Positions 10,801 through 19,870 of a stretch of DNA of 64,000 nucleotides are shown here, in pieces. A program made the translations under genes and the position numbers. The notes under the pieces are model-generated. The model was not told where the DNA came from. It made no database searches and saw nothing but the letters and a program-made list of their open reading frames with translations. Source of the DNA: a virus; IMG/VR virus record IMGVR_UViG_3300041956_000050, positions 1 through 64,000 of that record, one strand, 5' to 3'. Positions within the stretch are counted from its first letter, which is position 1. Every line of letters begins with the position of its first letter.

Positions 10801-11923
10801 GCGGGATGCGCAGAGGCGCGCGCTCAATCAGGTTCGGCGTCAACAGAGGCGAAAGGGCCTCACCGATCTCCAGCGTAGGCGCTTGCAGGCGCAGGAGAAC
10901 TTGTTGCAGACGAGCCTTGACGAGTCGCGCCAGCGGATCGTTGACAACACTCAATCCATATTTGATGCACAGCAGAATGTTGCTGACGCGGTGGCGGCGC
11001 AGCAACAAGCCATCATTGATGCCCAAGAGAAGCTAGTCGAGTCCCTACGAGATCAGGTGGACAAGATCAATGCTGCTGCATCGCGCCGCCTCGGTGCCCT
11101 TGACTTGGTTACTCGCATGCATGATGCCCTGGGCACTATTGGCCTTAGTGGTGTCGTTGCTGCTGGAGGGACTGCGCTCTCGCGCAGCGGAGTCTTTACA
11201 GCGCGTGGCGCGGCCCTTGCGTCACAGCGCGCGCAGCTTCAAGGGGTGCTGGGGCGTGCTCGGGGTCAGAAGGGCGCTGAGGAGCTAATCGCTGAGCTTG
11301 AGGACCAGATCAACGAGCTTACTGTCGCGATTGCTGAGAACACGAAGGCTGCGTTCGACGCCAGGATAGAGGATGTCAATACTCGTGCGAGCACTGCGCT
11401 CACCTTCAACGACCTGAACAAGCAACTGATCGAGCTTGACGGCCAGATCGCCGGGAACACAGATCAGGCAGCGCTGTTGCTGAAGTCTCAGGAGCGACAG
11501 GCGATCTTGGTGCGGCAAGGCAACGAGTTGTCTGCATTGTTGGCGCAGGCTACCCCCGGTTCACAGACGTATCAGGATCTCCAGATCGCGGTGCTGGAGA
11601 ACACGATTGCGCAGAGACAGAACACCATTGCCACGAACGAACTCACTGGAGCCACGGCTTCGCCGCAGACATTCACCTCGACGGCGTGGTCGCGTTTCCG
11701 CGAGGCGATCTTCTCTGGTATGGGCCAGGTGCTCCCGCAGTACAACCCGACCAACCTGATGGGCGGCATCAACACTGGTGCTCAGATCATTCCGATGGGC
11801 GGTGGCATCAGCAGCAGCCGGATCAGTGGCGATACCAACATCAATCTTTACGAGTCCGGCCGTGATCCTGACCTGAACGAGATCTCGGCAGCGATTACAT
11901 TCGCCAGCAAGACAAGCCAATGA
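4826..11923 (+). CDS. Tape measure protein with M15-like peptidase and phage-tail-lysozyme domains
   Basis: 2365 aa with coiled coils and hydrophobic W/F repeats. Contains GHNVTGTALD...HIHIE (HxxxxxxD...HxH) and AAGFVGTFQKES...GLAQWLGGR. Confidence 0.92.
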   Translation: MNEVEYILRIVLKARDELATALKRAREELRLFANAAGDNQKKIDAFNTSVEKMNVNIDNITDKFREWRAVIQGTSDGTEKARKSFGDLAKDVDEAGKATKRSADAAEKHAVAQDKLLKSADKLRNEYRKLHETEGEIDKDREYSVFRLKEIGVQLESISKKVADPKIQRFYFNWARDAKSAANSIIAEQKRITAAEEEEAKKRVDAEEAALKFAEKAEKDSFARRAKAHESAVKTYNNIVARGLQQQIAEEEAAAKESVRIETEKARRKEQINQRESERYRAFVNQRAALQRLTSGDADFIDVGRARETVTEMRKVANQYKDTSKTYRELKDGAIALEHALRGVNRQGDESNHVFSRLFRAFRNNSDSIATLDNQLRGMGLLLVVGFAQQLITVLGGLGGAFVSVASSAAMAGGAIGGIFVAGIVQAIPAIGLLGAALARVKSVMEAVQAAQAADQQNATQAATAHRRVADAADTLREAQERLSKARKDAREEIEDLIDAEREAELAAIGATLSQQEAQEALREAVASGEGVARAQLGVLEANAAKQEAIEDRQDARRKSRQAQRGGVEAMPGVVQANQQLETAKRNAQEAAAGTETAVAKLNYLIAQLSPAERRLYEAVTNFQNLFKQGVYREITDNLVNSFARSVEKITKIIQMPEVLGLAKRTSKTLASTMNNVFDSFTTKPMLDQFVRIGEAGRKNLKPLGGILTDVGKIILNIAEAAGPSFRRFIGFVGDLVGKFLDLTDNRKAMTAFFDEGEKHLEAWIELFVAVIDLFAALTGAGGAESGLKTIEDATKAIDDLAEKVRDNRKDVAKFFEDARDIAYEVVGVLVEIAKALGRTFTPERVHRFADFIKKVIIPALENVIDFLGQITDKLVEFADTPIGGEIIKGLVAFVVLQRILGGVLGSLKLITTFVGPIAEALISVGSSAGAWEKIGQVLLRFGRFGGPIAIAIGLIVLLLDKLGLLDDAWEAVKSGFNEFWKLVQPSLKQFFRSIKQAWEAVRDGKGAFGLILDVLKPIMKVLIDIGGIFFRVFGRFLGRIISGALDILSGFIDVVIGILTGDWSKAWEGAKRIVRGFIRGATAIFRAFPEFIWEIIKKLPGLFRKLVPLIKDAAKAIFHAIVDFLEKLPERMKKLGKTVGEALIDGIVAAIKSGASLAKDLANALIDILNKLLPNKIPIPGAPDIDLPDNPIPHLAEGGPSGKGSSSGFLAVLHPDEHIWTAAEVRAAGGHDAMFAMRRYYGGGGQGRGSYRDGGQATSPSGALTVTFIGEGMEEFTVLWRQFWNVIVLLAIQGTTRVEQQFRDMRAVISRNVNRMYRDVRDALVAMDRSFELRGKRIVESWSDTWLSLMKVTHQGLFYIGHETNQGLRGLGEKSINFGFTEPKKSDGKAGGGWIGMQGQRGQDRGLYPLGDGEAVLNWQHQKYVEPAMNAYYGHGLASMFDRVHGYHAGIGGSGYASGRPPQFSPIPGFPMEEANTRIIPLLVRLMKQYKFIPTDVYDRDRSAGHKSPGHNVTGTALDAVPGPGGSWALIEAMGRWAVGQGMTVGYGAGVPGSQAWPGHGYGNHIHIELGGDPGVAGTVLETVAKVGRPLITGGGKLAEMVQAAFDMVLKAANAELTATFDPVSGTTSFKLGPGGAAQKVFDFFTARGLSDAIAAGFVGTFQKESNFVTTVQNAAGSGATGLAQWLGGRLTALQALPNWTSLATQLNYVWKELHSTESAAFSAIKGASTPEEAAYLIDSRYERSDNILSAPQYARAAYERFHHTGPRKQYAEGGEIPGPLGQAIPILAHAQEWIVNPTQQARLAALTGLSRYGLKSMLGFYGGKGSYQGGGAPGDTEVTRLSDKDVKGIDNARLRRIIVALRNLGTRLDRMAEAIRPAERFVDGLDKTMDNLGRLSHRINRVRDKSDRRTGVRGFLDAMENLTGDTGLFAKLRESIERRTERFGRRLVRDRFTVSGRRGARVVARAQDDVQEARAELAEQQRQRTDLVAERDAQRRALNQVRRQQRRKGLTDLQRRRLQAQENLLQTSLDESRQRIVDNTQSIFDAQQNVADAVAAQQQAIIDAQEKLVESLRDQVDKINAAASRRLGALDLVTRMHDALGTIGLSGVVAAGGTALSRSGVFTARGAALASQRAQLQGVLGRARGQKGAEELIAELEDQINELTVAIAENTKAAFDARIEDVNTRASTALTFNDLNKQLIELDGQIAGNTDQAALLLKSQERQAILVRQGNELSALLAQATPGSQTYQDLQIAVLENTIAQRQNTIATNELTGATASPQTFTSTAWSRFREAIFSGMGQVLPQYNPTNLMGGINTGAQIIPMGGGISSSRISGDTNINLYESGRDPDLNEISAAITFASKTSQ

Positions 11924-11950
11924 CCTGTAGCATGAACATACTTGAGGTAG

Positions 11951-13072
11951 GTGAGAACGATATCGCGTGATTCCTTTCAGATGACGATTGCCGCACCGGA
12001 TGTGTCAGGATCATTGAAGGCGCTTGCCGGTGTTCAGGTAGTCGTCAACAAGAGAGACACAAGCACTGGTGTGCCGATCTTCCAGCGCCACGATGGAACG
12101 GCACAAGGGCCGACTGCTGAGTCCGGCGCTTCCGGAGGCCCGAACCCGTTCCTGACAGGGGCGTCGGGCGTGGTCGAGTTCTGGAGCGAAGGACCGGCCG
12201 AACTCGACATCGCCATCTCTGATACAGCAGCGCCCGCCAGAATCGCTCCGCGCGTGATTGGCTGGAACTGCATGCCCGCTGCCAACGGGTCACTCCCCGG
12301 CGATCTGCTGGCTTCTGACGCCAGTATTGATCTCACGAACCTGGGTTCCGACATTCTGCGCCAGTTGCATCAGGTTGGCGAGGTGATCGACTGGTGGCGT
12401 CCGGCTGACTCGGTGCCGATTCCCAGTGGATTCGAGATCTGCGACGGGCGCTTGATCCCGGCAGGACAGCACGACTTCCCCGGATTGTCAGCATCAGCGA
12501 TCAACCTGCCGGATCTGCGCAATGCCTTCATCCTCGGTGCTGATCCGACGAAGGCGCGTGGGACGGGTGCCAATCAGGGCAATGCGGGGACGGACGGTCC
12601 CGGTGTGGCTGGGTCAGGTGGCAGTAATGCTGCCAAGAACCTCCAGGCGGATCTCGCGCATACCCACAAGATTCCGGATCACTCGCACGCACTCTCCGGT
12701 AGCGCTACGTCGGCTGGGGCGCACACGCATCCGGCATCGTCGGCAGGCTGGCGTTACATCATTGCTGACGGCAGCATCTCGACGGCGGATGCAACATCGC
12801 ACTCCCCGGCGATTGTCAACCACGTTCCGTACACGGTGCCTGCATGCGGCGTTATTTTCGGCAGCTTCGGGACGGCGCGGACATACGAGGACGTGGCGGC
12901 TACGGGGTCGGGTGGTGCGCATACGCATCCGCTCAGCGGTACAGCGGGAGCGGGCGCAAATGCAAACACGAATCCGGCAACACAGGCGGCAAACTGGGGA
13001 TCTGCTCCCGGTAGCGATCTGCGTCCGCAATACGTCGGCCTGATCAAGCTGATGAAGGTCCGGCGCTCATGA
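11951..13072 (+). CDS. Tail collar domain/fibre-like minor tail protein
   Basis: Collar signature VGEVIDW...IPSGFEICDG...NLPDLRNAFILG; repeated HTH/HSH metal-binding triplets. Confidence 0.75.
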   Translation: MRTISRDSFQMTIAAPDVSGSLKALAGVQVVVNKRDTSTGVPIFQRHDGTAQGPTAESGASGGPNPFLTGASGVVEFWSEGPAELDIAISDTAAPARIAPRVIGWNCMPAANGSLPGDLLASDASIDLTNLGSDILRQLHQVGEVIDWWRPADSVPIPSGFEICDGRLIPAGQHDFPGLSASAINLPDLRNAFILGADPTKARGTGANQGNAGTDGPGVAGSGGSNAAKNLQADLAHTHKIPDHSHALSGSATSAGAHTHPASSAGWRYIIADGSISTADATSHSPAIVNHVPYTVPACGVIFGSFGTARTYEDVAATGSGGAHTHPLSGTAGAGANANTNPATQAANWGSAPGSDLRPQYVGLIKLMKVRRS

Positions 13073-15837
13073 CAGCAATCGGTGCATCCGGCTTCAGCAT
13101 CAACACGCTGCTCGGCTCGACCACTGGTCTTGCCATCGGTGATGCTGGCAAGATTCTTCCGGGCACCGGCGTTGATGGCAACCGTGCTGGCACTTCGGTT
13201 CCTGGCGGCATCGAGTCGGTGCTGGAGTACAACGGCATCTATCTCAATGTCCGTGATTGGATAGACACTTATCTTGTCACTATCATCGGTGGCCTCGATG
13301 ATGCTGATGTGCGTGATACTCGCGAGGTCAACCCTGGCTTCCACGGAGAGACGGCGTTCCCGGCCTACTACGGCGGGCGCACGATCACGCTGACTGGCAA
13401 GATCATTGCGCATACCCTGGCCAAGCTGCGCGACATGCAGCGAGGGCTTCGGCAGGCGTTCTCGGAGATCGACCACGAGCTTCCCCTGATCTTCCGTACA
13501 CCTGACCCCGATCTTGACATGATGATCATGTGCAAGAAGTCGCAGCCGATCCAGATGACGGAGGAGCAGCGCACGGCCAATCACTTCGAGCGCGCGTTCC
13601 TGATCACGTTGCGGGCGAGCAATCCACGCTTCTTGAGTGTCAGCGAGGTTTACAACTCGACGAAGTTTGCCGATGTGTCCGCTTTTGGCATTCCTGATCA
13701 GGTCACCACCGAAACCTTTGACTCTCCCGGCATCTTCACTCAGTACAACGAGCGCGGTCATGGATTCGTCATCACTGGCGGCAAACTGACGTATGACACC
13801 AGCCTGCCCGCTGACAACTTCGTGAACCTGATCGCGGAGCCGGACTTCCAAGAAATCGATTACCAGAGCCATCCCACGACCATCGTGGTCACGAACGGCA
13901 TACTGGAAATTGCCAACTCTGGTGGCGTTTTGGACAACGGTAAGCACGGCGTTCTCCGGAACCCGGTGGCAGCTTCCGTCATCTCGGCGCGGTGGGACGT
14001 GAATGGCATCGCGCCGGGGGCATACTCAGCGATTGGGTACATGCGCTCTCCCTTCAGATCACGCCAGGGGCGGCTGATGGTCGAGTGGCTCGATGCTTCC
14101 AACAACATTCTTGGCTCTCAGTACACGGAGATCACGACGACCGGCCTCTGGCAGAAGCTCAGCATCCAGGGAGCCATCGCACCGGCAGGAACGGCGAAGT
14201 CCCGCTGGTATCTTCTTGTAAACTTTGTTGATGCGAACGAGGAGCACCACATCGACAAGATGCTCGTCGTCGGTGGGAATGTGTTCCCTCCGGAGGGCTA
14301 CTTCGACGGCAGCAATTCGCTGGCCGACTGGACAGACGAGGGCAACTTGATCATCTCGGGCAGCACTTCCAAGCAGCCCCAGTACAGCATCCTGACAACT
14401 TCGCGGAGCTACAAGAACGCCATGCAGGTTGTCAAGTTCACGACTCCGGCAACACTCCCCACTCCGCGCGTGGGCGAGATCCGCCTGGTCATGAGCTATC
14501 TCAATGACGACAACTACGTTTACGCTTACATCGGGGAGAAGGGTGTGAGCGGGCCTCCTCCGAGCGGCAGGCTCTACATGGGCTTCAAGCAAGTCCTGAA
14601 TGGCGTCGATGACTTCACTGACGCGGCGCTGGGCGACTTCCTTCTCGATCCCAGTACGACGTACTGGTTCCTGGCGTACCTCAAGGACGACGTGATCCAC
14701 GCTGAGGTCACTGACCTTGACCCCTACACCAGAGATGTCTCCTATACTAACATCGACCACTCCACCAGCAGCTTGTTCTTCCTCACGCCGGAGTTGAAGG
14801 CGATCTACAACAGCCTCACTCCGATGCAACTAGTAGTGATGGAGAAGGGTGCGCGGATTCCGGTTGAGGAGTGGATCTATCAGCCGCTCGAAGCCCCGAG
14901 CGGTTGGGCGCACAAGTACCCGGTGAGCTACATCCGGTACGACACGATTTGGGTCAGAGGCGGCAGGATCGTCCCGCTCGGTGTGAAGGGTCCGCTGCTC
15001 GTGCGCAGCGATCTTCCCTACAACGTCGAAAACGGGCGCATCTCGGCCAAGATCAGACACAACGGAATCCCGACTGACCTGAATGTCACGTGGGGAATAG
15101 CTGTCAAGGTTCTTGGTGCAGAAGATTTCATTGTCGGGCAGATGGAGTACACGGCCACCGCCACACCGGCCATTCAGGTCCGGCTGACGCGGTGGAACGA
15201 AGGTACCCCCTTCGGCAGTAGCCTTGGCACCGCTGCTGTGACGCCAGCCAACTTCCCCGCGAACACCGATGCGTGGATCGCGGTTGTCATCAATGGCGAT
15301 CAATTCACGCTTGAGTTCTGGAAGACCGATCCCGCGCTCGGTGGTGCAGCTACGCACACAACCGGCGCGATCACGCTGTCCGGCGCGAACAAGACGAAGT
15401 ACGGCGCTGGCATCAAGGGCCAGGTAGGGATCATCTACGACGCGCCCAAGGCAGCCAGGGCGATCTCGATTGACGACTTCAAGATCGAGCAGCAGAGCTT
15501 CGATGACACTGCCTTCCTTATCTCCAATGATGGCAACTTCTCTGCTCAGCCTGAGATTCACATCATCGGGCCGATGACAAACCCGGTGATCGTCAACGAA
15601 TCCAATGGCGACTGGATGTCCATCCCAACTACCATCCCTGTTGATGAGGAGTGGATCATCGACATCGAGGGGCGCAGGATGTACCGCAAGAGTGATGACG
15701 CGAATCGCTTCCGGTATCTCGATGCGAACTCCGACTGGCTGGAGATCGAGCCAGGAACGAACTACATCAGCCTGACAGCCACTGGGATGACGGCGACATC
15801 TCAGATGGACATGCGCTTTCACCACACGGTGATGTGA
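13069..15837 (+). CDS. Evolved distal tail protein (Dit) with inserted carbohydrate-binding-like domains
   Basis: Dit-like N-terminus (GRTITLTG, ITLRASNPRF) and C-terminus (NDGNFSAQPEI...WLEIEPGTN) flank about 600 aa of beta-rich insert. Confidence 0.7.
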   Translation: MTAIGASGFSINTLLGSTTGLAIGDAGKILPGTGVDGNRAGTSVPGGIESVLEYNGIYLNVRDWIDTYLVTIIGGLDDADVRDTREVNPGFHGETAFPAYYGGRTITLTGKIIAHTLAKLRDMQRGLRQAFSEIDHELPLIFRTPDPDLDMMIMCKKSQPIQMTEEQRTANHFERAFLITLRASNPRFLSVSEVYNSTKFADVSAFGIPDQVTTETFDSPGIFTQYNERGHGFVITGGKLTYDTSLPADNFVNLIAEPDFQEIDYQSHPTTIVVTNGILEIANSGGVLDNGKHGVLRNPVAASVISARWDVNGIAPGAYSAIGYMRSPFRSRQGRLMVEWLDASNNILGSQYTEITTTGLWQKLSIQGAIAPAGTAKSRWYLLVNFVDANEEHHIDKMLVVGGNVFPPEGYFDGSNSLADWTDEGNLIISGSTSKQPQYSILTTSRSYKNAMQVVKFTTPATLPTPRVGEIRLVMSYLNDDNYVYAYIGEKGVSGPPPSGRLYMGFKQVLNGVDDFTDAALGDFLLDPSTTYWFLAYLKDDVIHAEVTDLDPYTRDVSYTNIDHSTSSLFFLTPELKAIYNSLTPMQLVVMEKGARIPVEEWIYQPLEAPSGWAHKYPVSYIRYDTIWVRGGRIVPLGVKGPLLVRSDLPYNVENGRISAKIRHNGIPTDLNVTWGIAVKVLGAEDFIVGQMEYTATATPAIQVRLTRWNEGTPFGSSLGTAAVTPANFPANTDAWIAVVINGDQFTLEFWKTDPALGGAATHTTGAITLSGANKTKYGAGIKGQVGIIYDAPKAARAISIDDFKIEQQSFDDTAFLISNDGNFSAQPEIHIIGPMTNPVIVNESNGDWMSIPTTIPVDEEWIIDIEGRRMYRKSDDANRFRYLDANSDWLEIEPGTNYISLTATGMTATSQMDMRFHHTVM

Positions 15838-15838
15838 C

Positions 15839-16240
15839 ATGACTGCTGTCAAAAGACGTGTGAAGGTGAAGATTCCGAGAAAGCGCTGCAAGTGTGGCCG
15901 CTTGATCAAGACTCGGGCCAAGATGTGCCAACGGTGCAACCGGAACCAAGTGGCCGCGTGGCGAAAGGCCAATCCGGAAGTCATCCTCGCTTCGAATCTG
16001 AAGAAGTATGGCATCACTCTTGCTGAGTACGAGCGGTTGCTGAAGAAGCAGAAAGGCGTCTGCGCAATCTGTAAGAAGCCCGAATACGATGCTCGCCAGC
16101 GGCGACTCAGTGTCGATCACGACCATGAGACTGGCAGAGTTCGTGGACTCCTCTGTGCGCGCTGCAATCGGGCGCTGGGAATGTTCAATGACAACCCTGA
16201 ACTGTTGCGATCAGCAGCACGCTATCTCCGGGTCATGTGA
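15839..16240 (+). CDS. Endonuclease VII-family (HNH/beta-beta-alpha) endonuclease, probably a free-standing homing nuclease
   Basis: KYGIT...QKGVCAIC...LSVDHDHETGRVRGLLCARCNRALG. Confidence 0.92.
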   Translation: MTAVKRRVKVKIPRKRCKCGRLIKTRAKMCQRCNRNQVAAWRKANPEVILASNLKKYGITLAEYERLLKKQKGVCAICKKPEYDARQRRLSVDHDHETGRVRGLLCARCNRALGMFNDNPELLRSAARYLRVM

Positions 16241-17412
16241 TGCTGTGGAAATTCATTCTTGTCAACAGCAATGATCTCTCGCATATAGGCGAGCTTTCAC
16301 AGGCGCGCAGCAAGCATCTTGAGGTCGTGCTCGGCAAGCCCGGAGCAGCATCGTTCACGTATCCGATGGACGCGGACTATGCCGAGTCTGTCCAGGCGTA
16401 CAAGAGCGGAATCAAGGCGATGCGCTGGAACCGCAAGGCGACCGAGGCAGCCGGTCATGACGTGTGGGATTGCCACTGGTCCGGCTATGTGCTGCCGATT
16501 GACGAGACTGTTGACCAGAATCGGATGACTGTCTCGTGCGTTGGGTGGCAGCAGCGCCTGGCCAAGCGGTTCGTGCGCCGCGACAAGATCTACGCGGCTG
16601 CCGATGATGGCGCAATCGTGCAGGATCTGCTTGCCGAGGTGAACCTGACGACTACGCCTGCACCGGATAGCTACCCGGTCCCGGTCCCAGCAGGCTCAAC
16701 TCCTAACACGCCAACATGGCTGTCATGGGGTGGGGTGCAGCCGAACGAGGGCGCGGGTGGCGCGACGGCCTATGTGGATCTGACGACCATCGGGGCGGGC
16801 CGCAACAAGACGGTGCAGAAGTACACCTACGTCGGCTCAGCCATCGATGAACTGATGGGGATCGAGTACGGTGGCGATCTCGTAGTTGACCCTCTGACAA
16901 GATCAGTGACATGGCACCGAAAGTACCGGCGCATCCGCGACGATGTGGTGATCGGCTTCCAGTGGGGTCCGCAAAATGCGAGAGCTTTTAGCCGCAATTT
17001 GGAGGCTGACAGCCAGGTCAACTACCTCGTCGCCTCTGGAGCGCCCGGAACAACGCCGCAGTACGCACACGATGCAACACAGCAGAGCCAGATCGGCTTG
17101 ATCGAGGAGAGCGTCGTCCTCTCCGACGTGAAAGACAACAGTGTTCTACTGGCTTACGCTGGCGGCGAGATCCTGATTCGTAACAACGGCCTGATCACCT
17201 ACACGATCCAGCCGTTCCCGCTGCCCTATGACCGTCCGAGTAATGTGCCTGAGGCGTTCCTTGACTACCGCGTCGGTGACCAGATCCGGATCACCGCTGT
17301 GCATCCTCCCCGCGTCGGTATCCGCAACCAGGCGGTGCGACTGTTCGGCATGACGATTGACATCAATGACGACGGAGTTGGTACGCTCGGCCCGCTACAG
17401 GTGGCTCCATGA
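16237..17412 (+). CDS. Minor tail/baseplate hub (Tal-like) protein
   Basis: Follows Dit; motifs LGKPGAASFT, WSGYV and DYRVGDQI. Start may be ATG 16240. Confidence 0.7.
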   Translation: MMLWKFILVNSNDLSHIGELSQARSKHLEVVLGKPGAASFTYPMDADYAESVQAYKSGIKAMRWNRKATEAAGHDVWDCHWSGYVLPIDETVDQNRMTVSCVGWQQRLAKRFVRRDKIYAAADDGAIVQDLLAEVNLTTTPAPDSYPVPVPAGSTPNTPTWLSWGGVQPNEGAGGATAYVDLTTIGAGRNKTVQKYTYVGSAIDELMGIEYGGDLVVDPLTRSVTWHRKYRRIRDDVVIGFQWGPQNARAFSRNLEADSQVNYLVASGAPGTTPQYAHDATQQSQIGLIEESVVLSDVKDNSVLLAYAGGEILIRNNGLITYTIQPFPLPYDRPSNVPEAFLDYRVGDQIRITAVHPPRVGIRNQAVRLFGMTIDINDDGVGTLGPLQVAP

Positions 17413-19268
17413 CCGACATCACCACTCCTAGCCATACCCTTGTCGTCCGGCCTGACCGGATGGCGATGCTGACGGAGAAGGATCGCGTTACTGATCGCCT
17501 CGACCGGCTTGAGCGCGCGGCGGCAGGAGGTCTACTCGGCGGCGGCGGTGGCGGTGGCCTCGGTACTGAGATGGCGATGTCGCTCGGTGCAGGCTCTAAC
17601 GTTTCTGTCGCTAGTGCTTATACAAAGCTACCCGCCGGAGCAGTTACTAAGCAGTCTACTGATACGAGCGGTTTGCGCTACAACGCCGATGGCACGATCA
17701 CGATCCTCAAGGATGGCTGGTGGCAAGTTGGCGGGTCGATGCAGACTGCCAATATCACTACTGCTGCTGGATGGGTGTTCGCGATCTGGTACACGACGGA
17801 CGATACGGCACCAACGAATCCTAACCAGTTCTTGCTTTATCAAGAGGCGCAGAGCGGTGCCAATACGAATCGAGCCGAATCGATGTCGTTGCCGCTATGG
17901 CTGACAGCTAACACGCGCTTCGGTGCTGCTGCTTACAACCGAGGCACAGCGCTCAACTGCTCCTGCCAGAAGCTGGTGGCAGTGCGGCTTGCTACAGGGG
18001 CGACGGGAGCGCAAGGTGCGCAAGGGCCTTCCGGTGCAGCAGGCCCTACCGGCGCGGCTGGCGACCAGTGGTTCACAGGCACTGTCGCTCCATCAGCATC
18101 TGCTCCGTCTGGTGCCAAGATTGGCGACTACTACCTGAACACGACCAACGGGAACTACTACGAGAAGGTCGATGTAGCAGATCCCGGCGCATGGCTGCTG
18201 ATCGGAAATCTCAAGGGACCGCAGGGAGATCTTGGTCCGCCTGGCCCGCAGGGCACTCAGGGTCCGGCAGGCTCGGCAGGTGCGCGCTGGTATTCCGGTA
18301 CGGGAGCACCGTCGAGCGGCCTTGGTCTTATTGGCGACTGGTACTTGAATGACGCTAATGGCGACATATACGAGAAGACCGGGACAACAGCGTGGACGCT
18401 ACGCGACAACCTCACCGGCCCGCAGGGCATTCAAGGAACTCAGGGCATCCAAGGCATACAGGGGGTTCAGGGTCCGCAAGGTCCGACTGGCGCGACTGGC
18501 CAGGCCGAGGGGTGGCTGAGCGGCACTGGTATCCCCGGTGGTGCGACCGGCAATGTCGGTGACTGGTATCTGCGCACGACCAATAGTGATGTCTACGAGA
18601 AGACAAGCGCTGGTGCGTGGACGCTGCAAACCAACATCAAAGGTACGGCGGGCGAGAAGTGGTTCTCGGGTGCGTACAACCCGAACGGCTCCTTTTTGGT
18701 CGCCGCAATCGGTGACTGGTTCCTGCGCACGGATACCGGCGATGTCTACGAGTGTACTGACACCACTGGCGGCGGTGTTTGGGCGCTACGTGCCAACATC
18801 AAGGGATCGCAAGGCATTCAAGGGCCAACTGGTCCTTCAGGCGTTGCCGTGCAAGCGGCGGCTCCATCGTCTAGCTCGTATCAGGTGTGGGTGGACCCCG
18901 ATGAGCCGGACCCGGACCCGCTCACGGCTGAGGCCGTCCACCTGCTCAACACGGCAGGTGAGCCAGCACTAGCGACAAACTGGGCGTTGTACGCAGCGGG
19001 TTGGCAGGCTCCCGGTTTCTACAAGGACAACCAGAGCCGCGTGTTCCTCCAGGGGATGATCAAGAAGACGATTGCCGTTGTCAATGGCGAGGTGTTGTTC
19101 ACTCTGCCGGTTGGCTATCGGCCGCTCGGCCAGAGCTTGTTCGTGGTTTACAGCAATAGTGCTGCTGCACGAATCGACGTGATGCCCAACGGCCAGGTGG
19201 TGGCCAGCACCGGCGTCAATGCTGCCTGGGTGTCGCTGGCCGGTATCAATTTCCGGGGTGAGCAGTGA
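17409..19268 (+). CDS. Collagen-like tail fibre
   Basis: Gly-X-Y tracts separated by four W[FYL][ST]G...IGDWYL...GDxYEK repeats; C-terminal LFTLPVGYRP domain. Confidence 0.85.
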   Translation: MTDITTPSHTLVVRPDRMAMLTEKDRVTDRLDRLERAAAGGLLGGGGGGGLGTEMAMSLGAGSNVSVASAYTKLPAGAVTKQSTDTSGLRYNADGTITILKDGWWQVGGSMQTANITTAAGWVFAIWYTTDDTAPTNPNQFLLYQEAQSGANTNRAESMSLPLWLTANTRFGAAAYNRGTALNCSCQKLVAVRLATGATGAQGAQGPSGAAGPTGAAGDQWFTGTVAPSASAPSGAKIGDYYLNTTNGNYYEKVDVADPGAWLLIGNLKGPQGDLGPPGPQGTQGPAGSAGARWYSGTGAPSSGLGLIGDWYLNDANGDIYEKTGTTAWTLRDNLTGPQGIQGTQGIQGIQGVQGPQGPTGATGQAEGWLSGTGIPGGATGNVGDWYLRTTNSDVYEKTSAGAWTLQTNIKGTAGEKWFSGAYNPNGSFLVAAIGDWFLRTDTGDVYECTDTTGGGVWALRANIKGSQGIQGPTGPSGVAVQAAAPSSSSYQVWVDPDEPDPDPLTAEAVHLLNTAGEPALATNWALYAAGWQAPGFYKDNQSRVFLQGMIKKTIAVVNGEVLFTLPVGYRPLGQSLFVVYSNSAAARIDVMPNGQVVASTGVNAAWVSLAGINFRGEQ

Positions 19269-19870
19269 CGACAGCACTCTACTATGACGGGGCGACTTGG
19301 AAGCCCGTAAGCGGTATTGTCGGCCCACGTGGTCCGCAGGGGCCGATGGCTTCGGCACGTGCGCCGAGCGGAGCCGCAGGCGGTGATCTCACCGGCACGT
19401 ACCCCAATCCGGGTGTTGACAAGACAAAGGTCGGCGGGTTGCTCGCCGTCCAGCGTCTGAACGGTACGATTGCCGGTTATCGCGCGATTGTCAACGGCCA
19501 GAAGTTCTTCGTGGACGCCGGAGTGACACCGCTCCAGATCGCCTACACGCCACCGGTTCCCTGCTGGTGGGAGGTTGAGCTTCAGGTCGGCATCTTCAAC
19601 AAGACTGATGCCAACTACCACATGGGCGCGGTCAACATTACACTGTCTCCGGCTGATGCCGATGGTATTGACAACGCGGGCAATTGGAAGACGCAGCACG
19701 CGGCGGTCCAGCAGTATGGCTTCCACAACGTAATTCGCACATTCCGTCTGAATGCCGGTGTGGCCTACATCGCTTATGGCAGCTTCGGCCAGCTTGCTAC
19801 GTCCGGAACATGGCAATATCATCAACAGCGCGAGTATCTGAGCATCATGGGGCGAGCATGGGCGGTCTGA
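19265..19870 (+). CDS. Fibre-tip/receptor-binding-like protein, paralog 1
   Basis: YYDGATW, short collagen, GGDLTGTYPNP and a beta-rich head (YTPPVPCWWEVE). Confidence 0.7.
   Translation: MTTALYYDGATWKPVSGIVGPRGPQGPMASARAPSGAAGGDLTGTYPNPGVDKTKVGGLLAVQRLNGTIAGYRAIVNGQKFFVDAGVTPLQIAYTPPVPCWWEVELQVGIFNKTDANYHMGAVNITLSPADADGIDNAGNWKTQHAAVQQYGFHNVIRTFRLNAGVAYIAYGSFGQLATSGTWQYHQQREYLSIMGRAWAV

Noticed and set aside
12754-16017. Long minus-strand ORFs (397, 256 and 395 aa), and similar ones opposite TMP, helicase, TerL and portal
   Set aside because: Antisense shadows of well-supported plus-strand genes.
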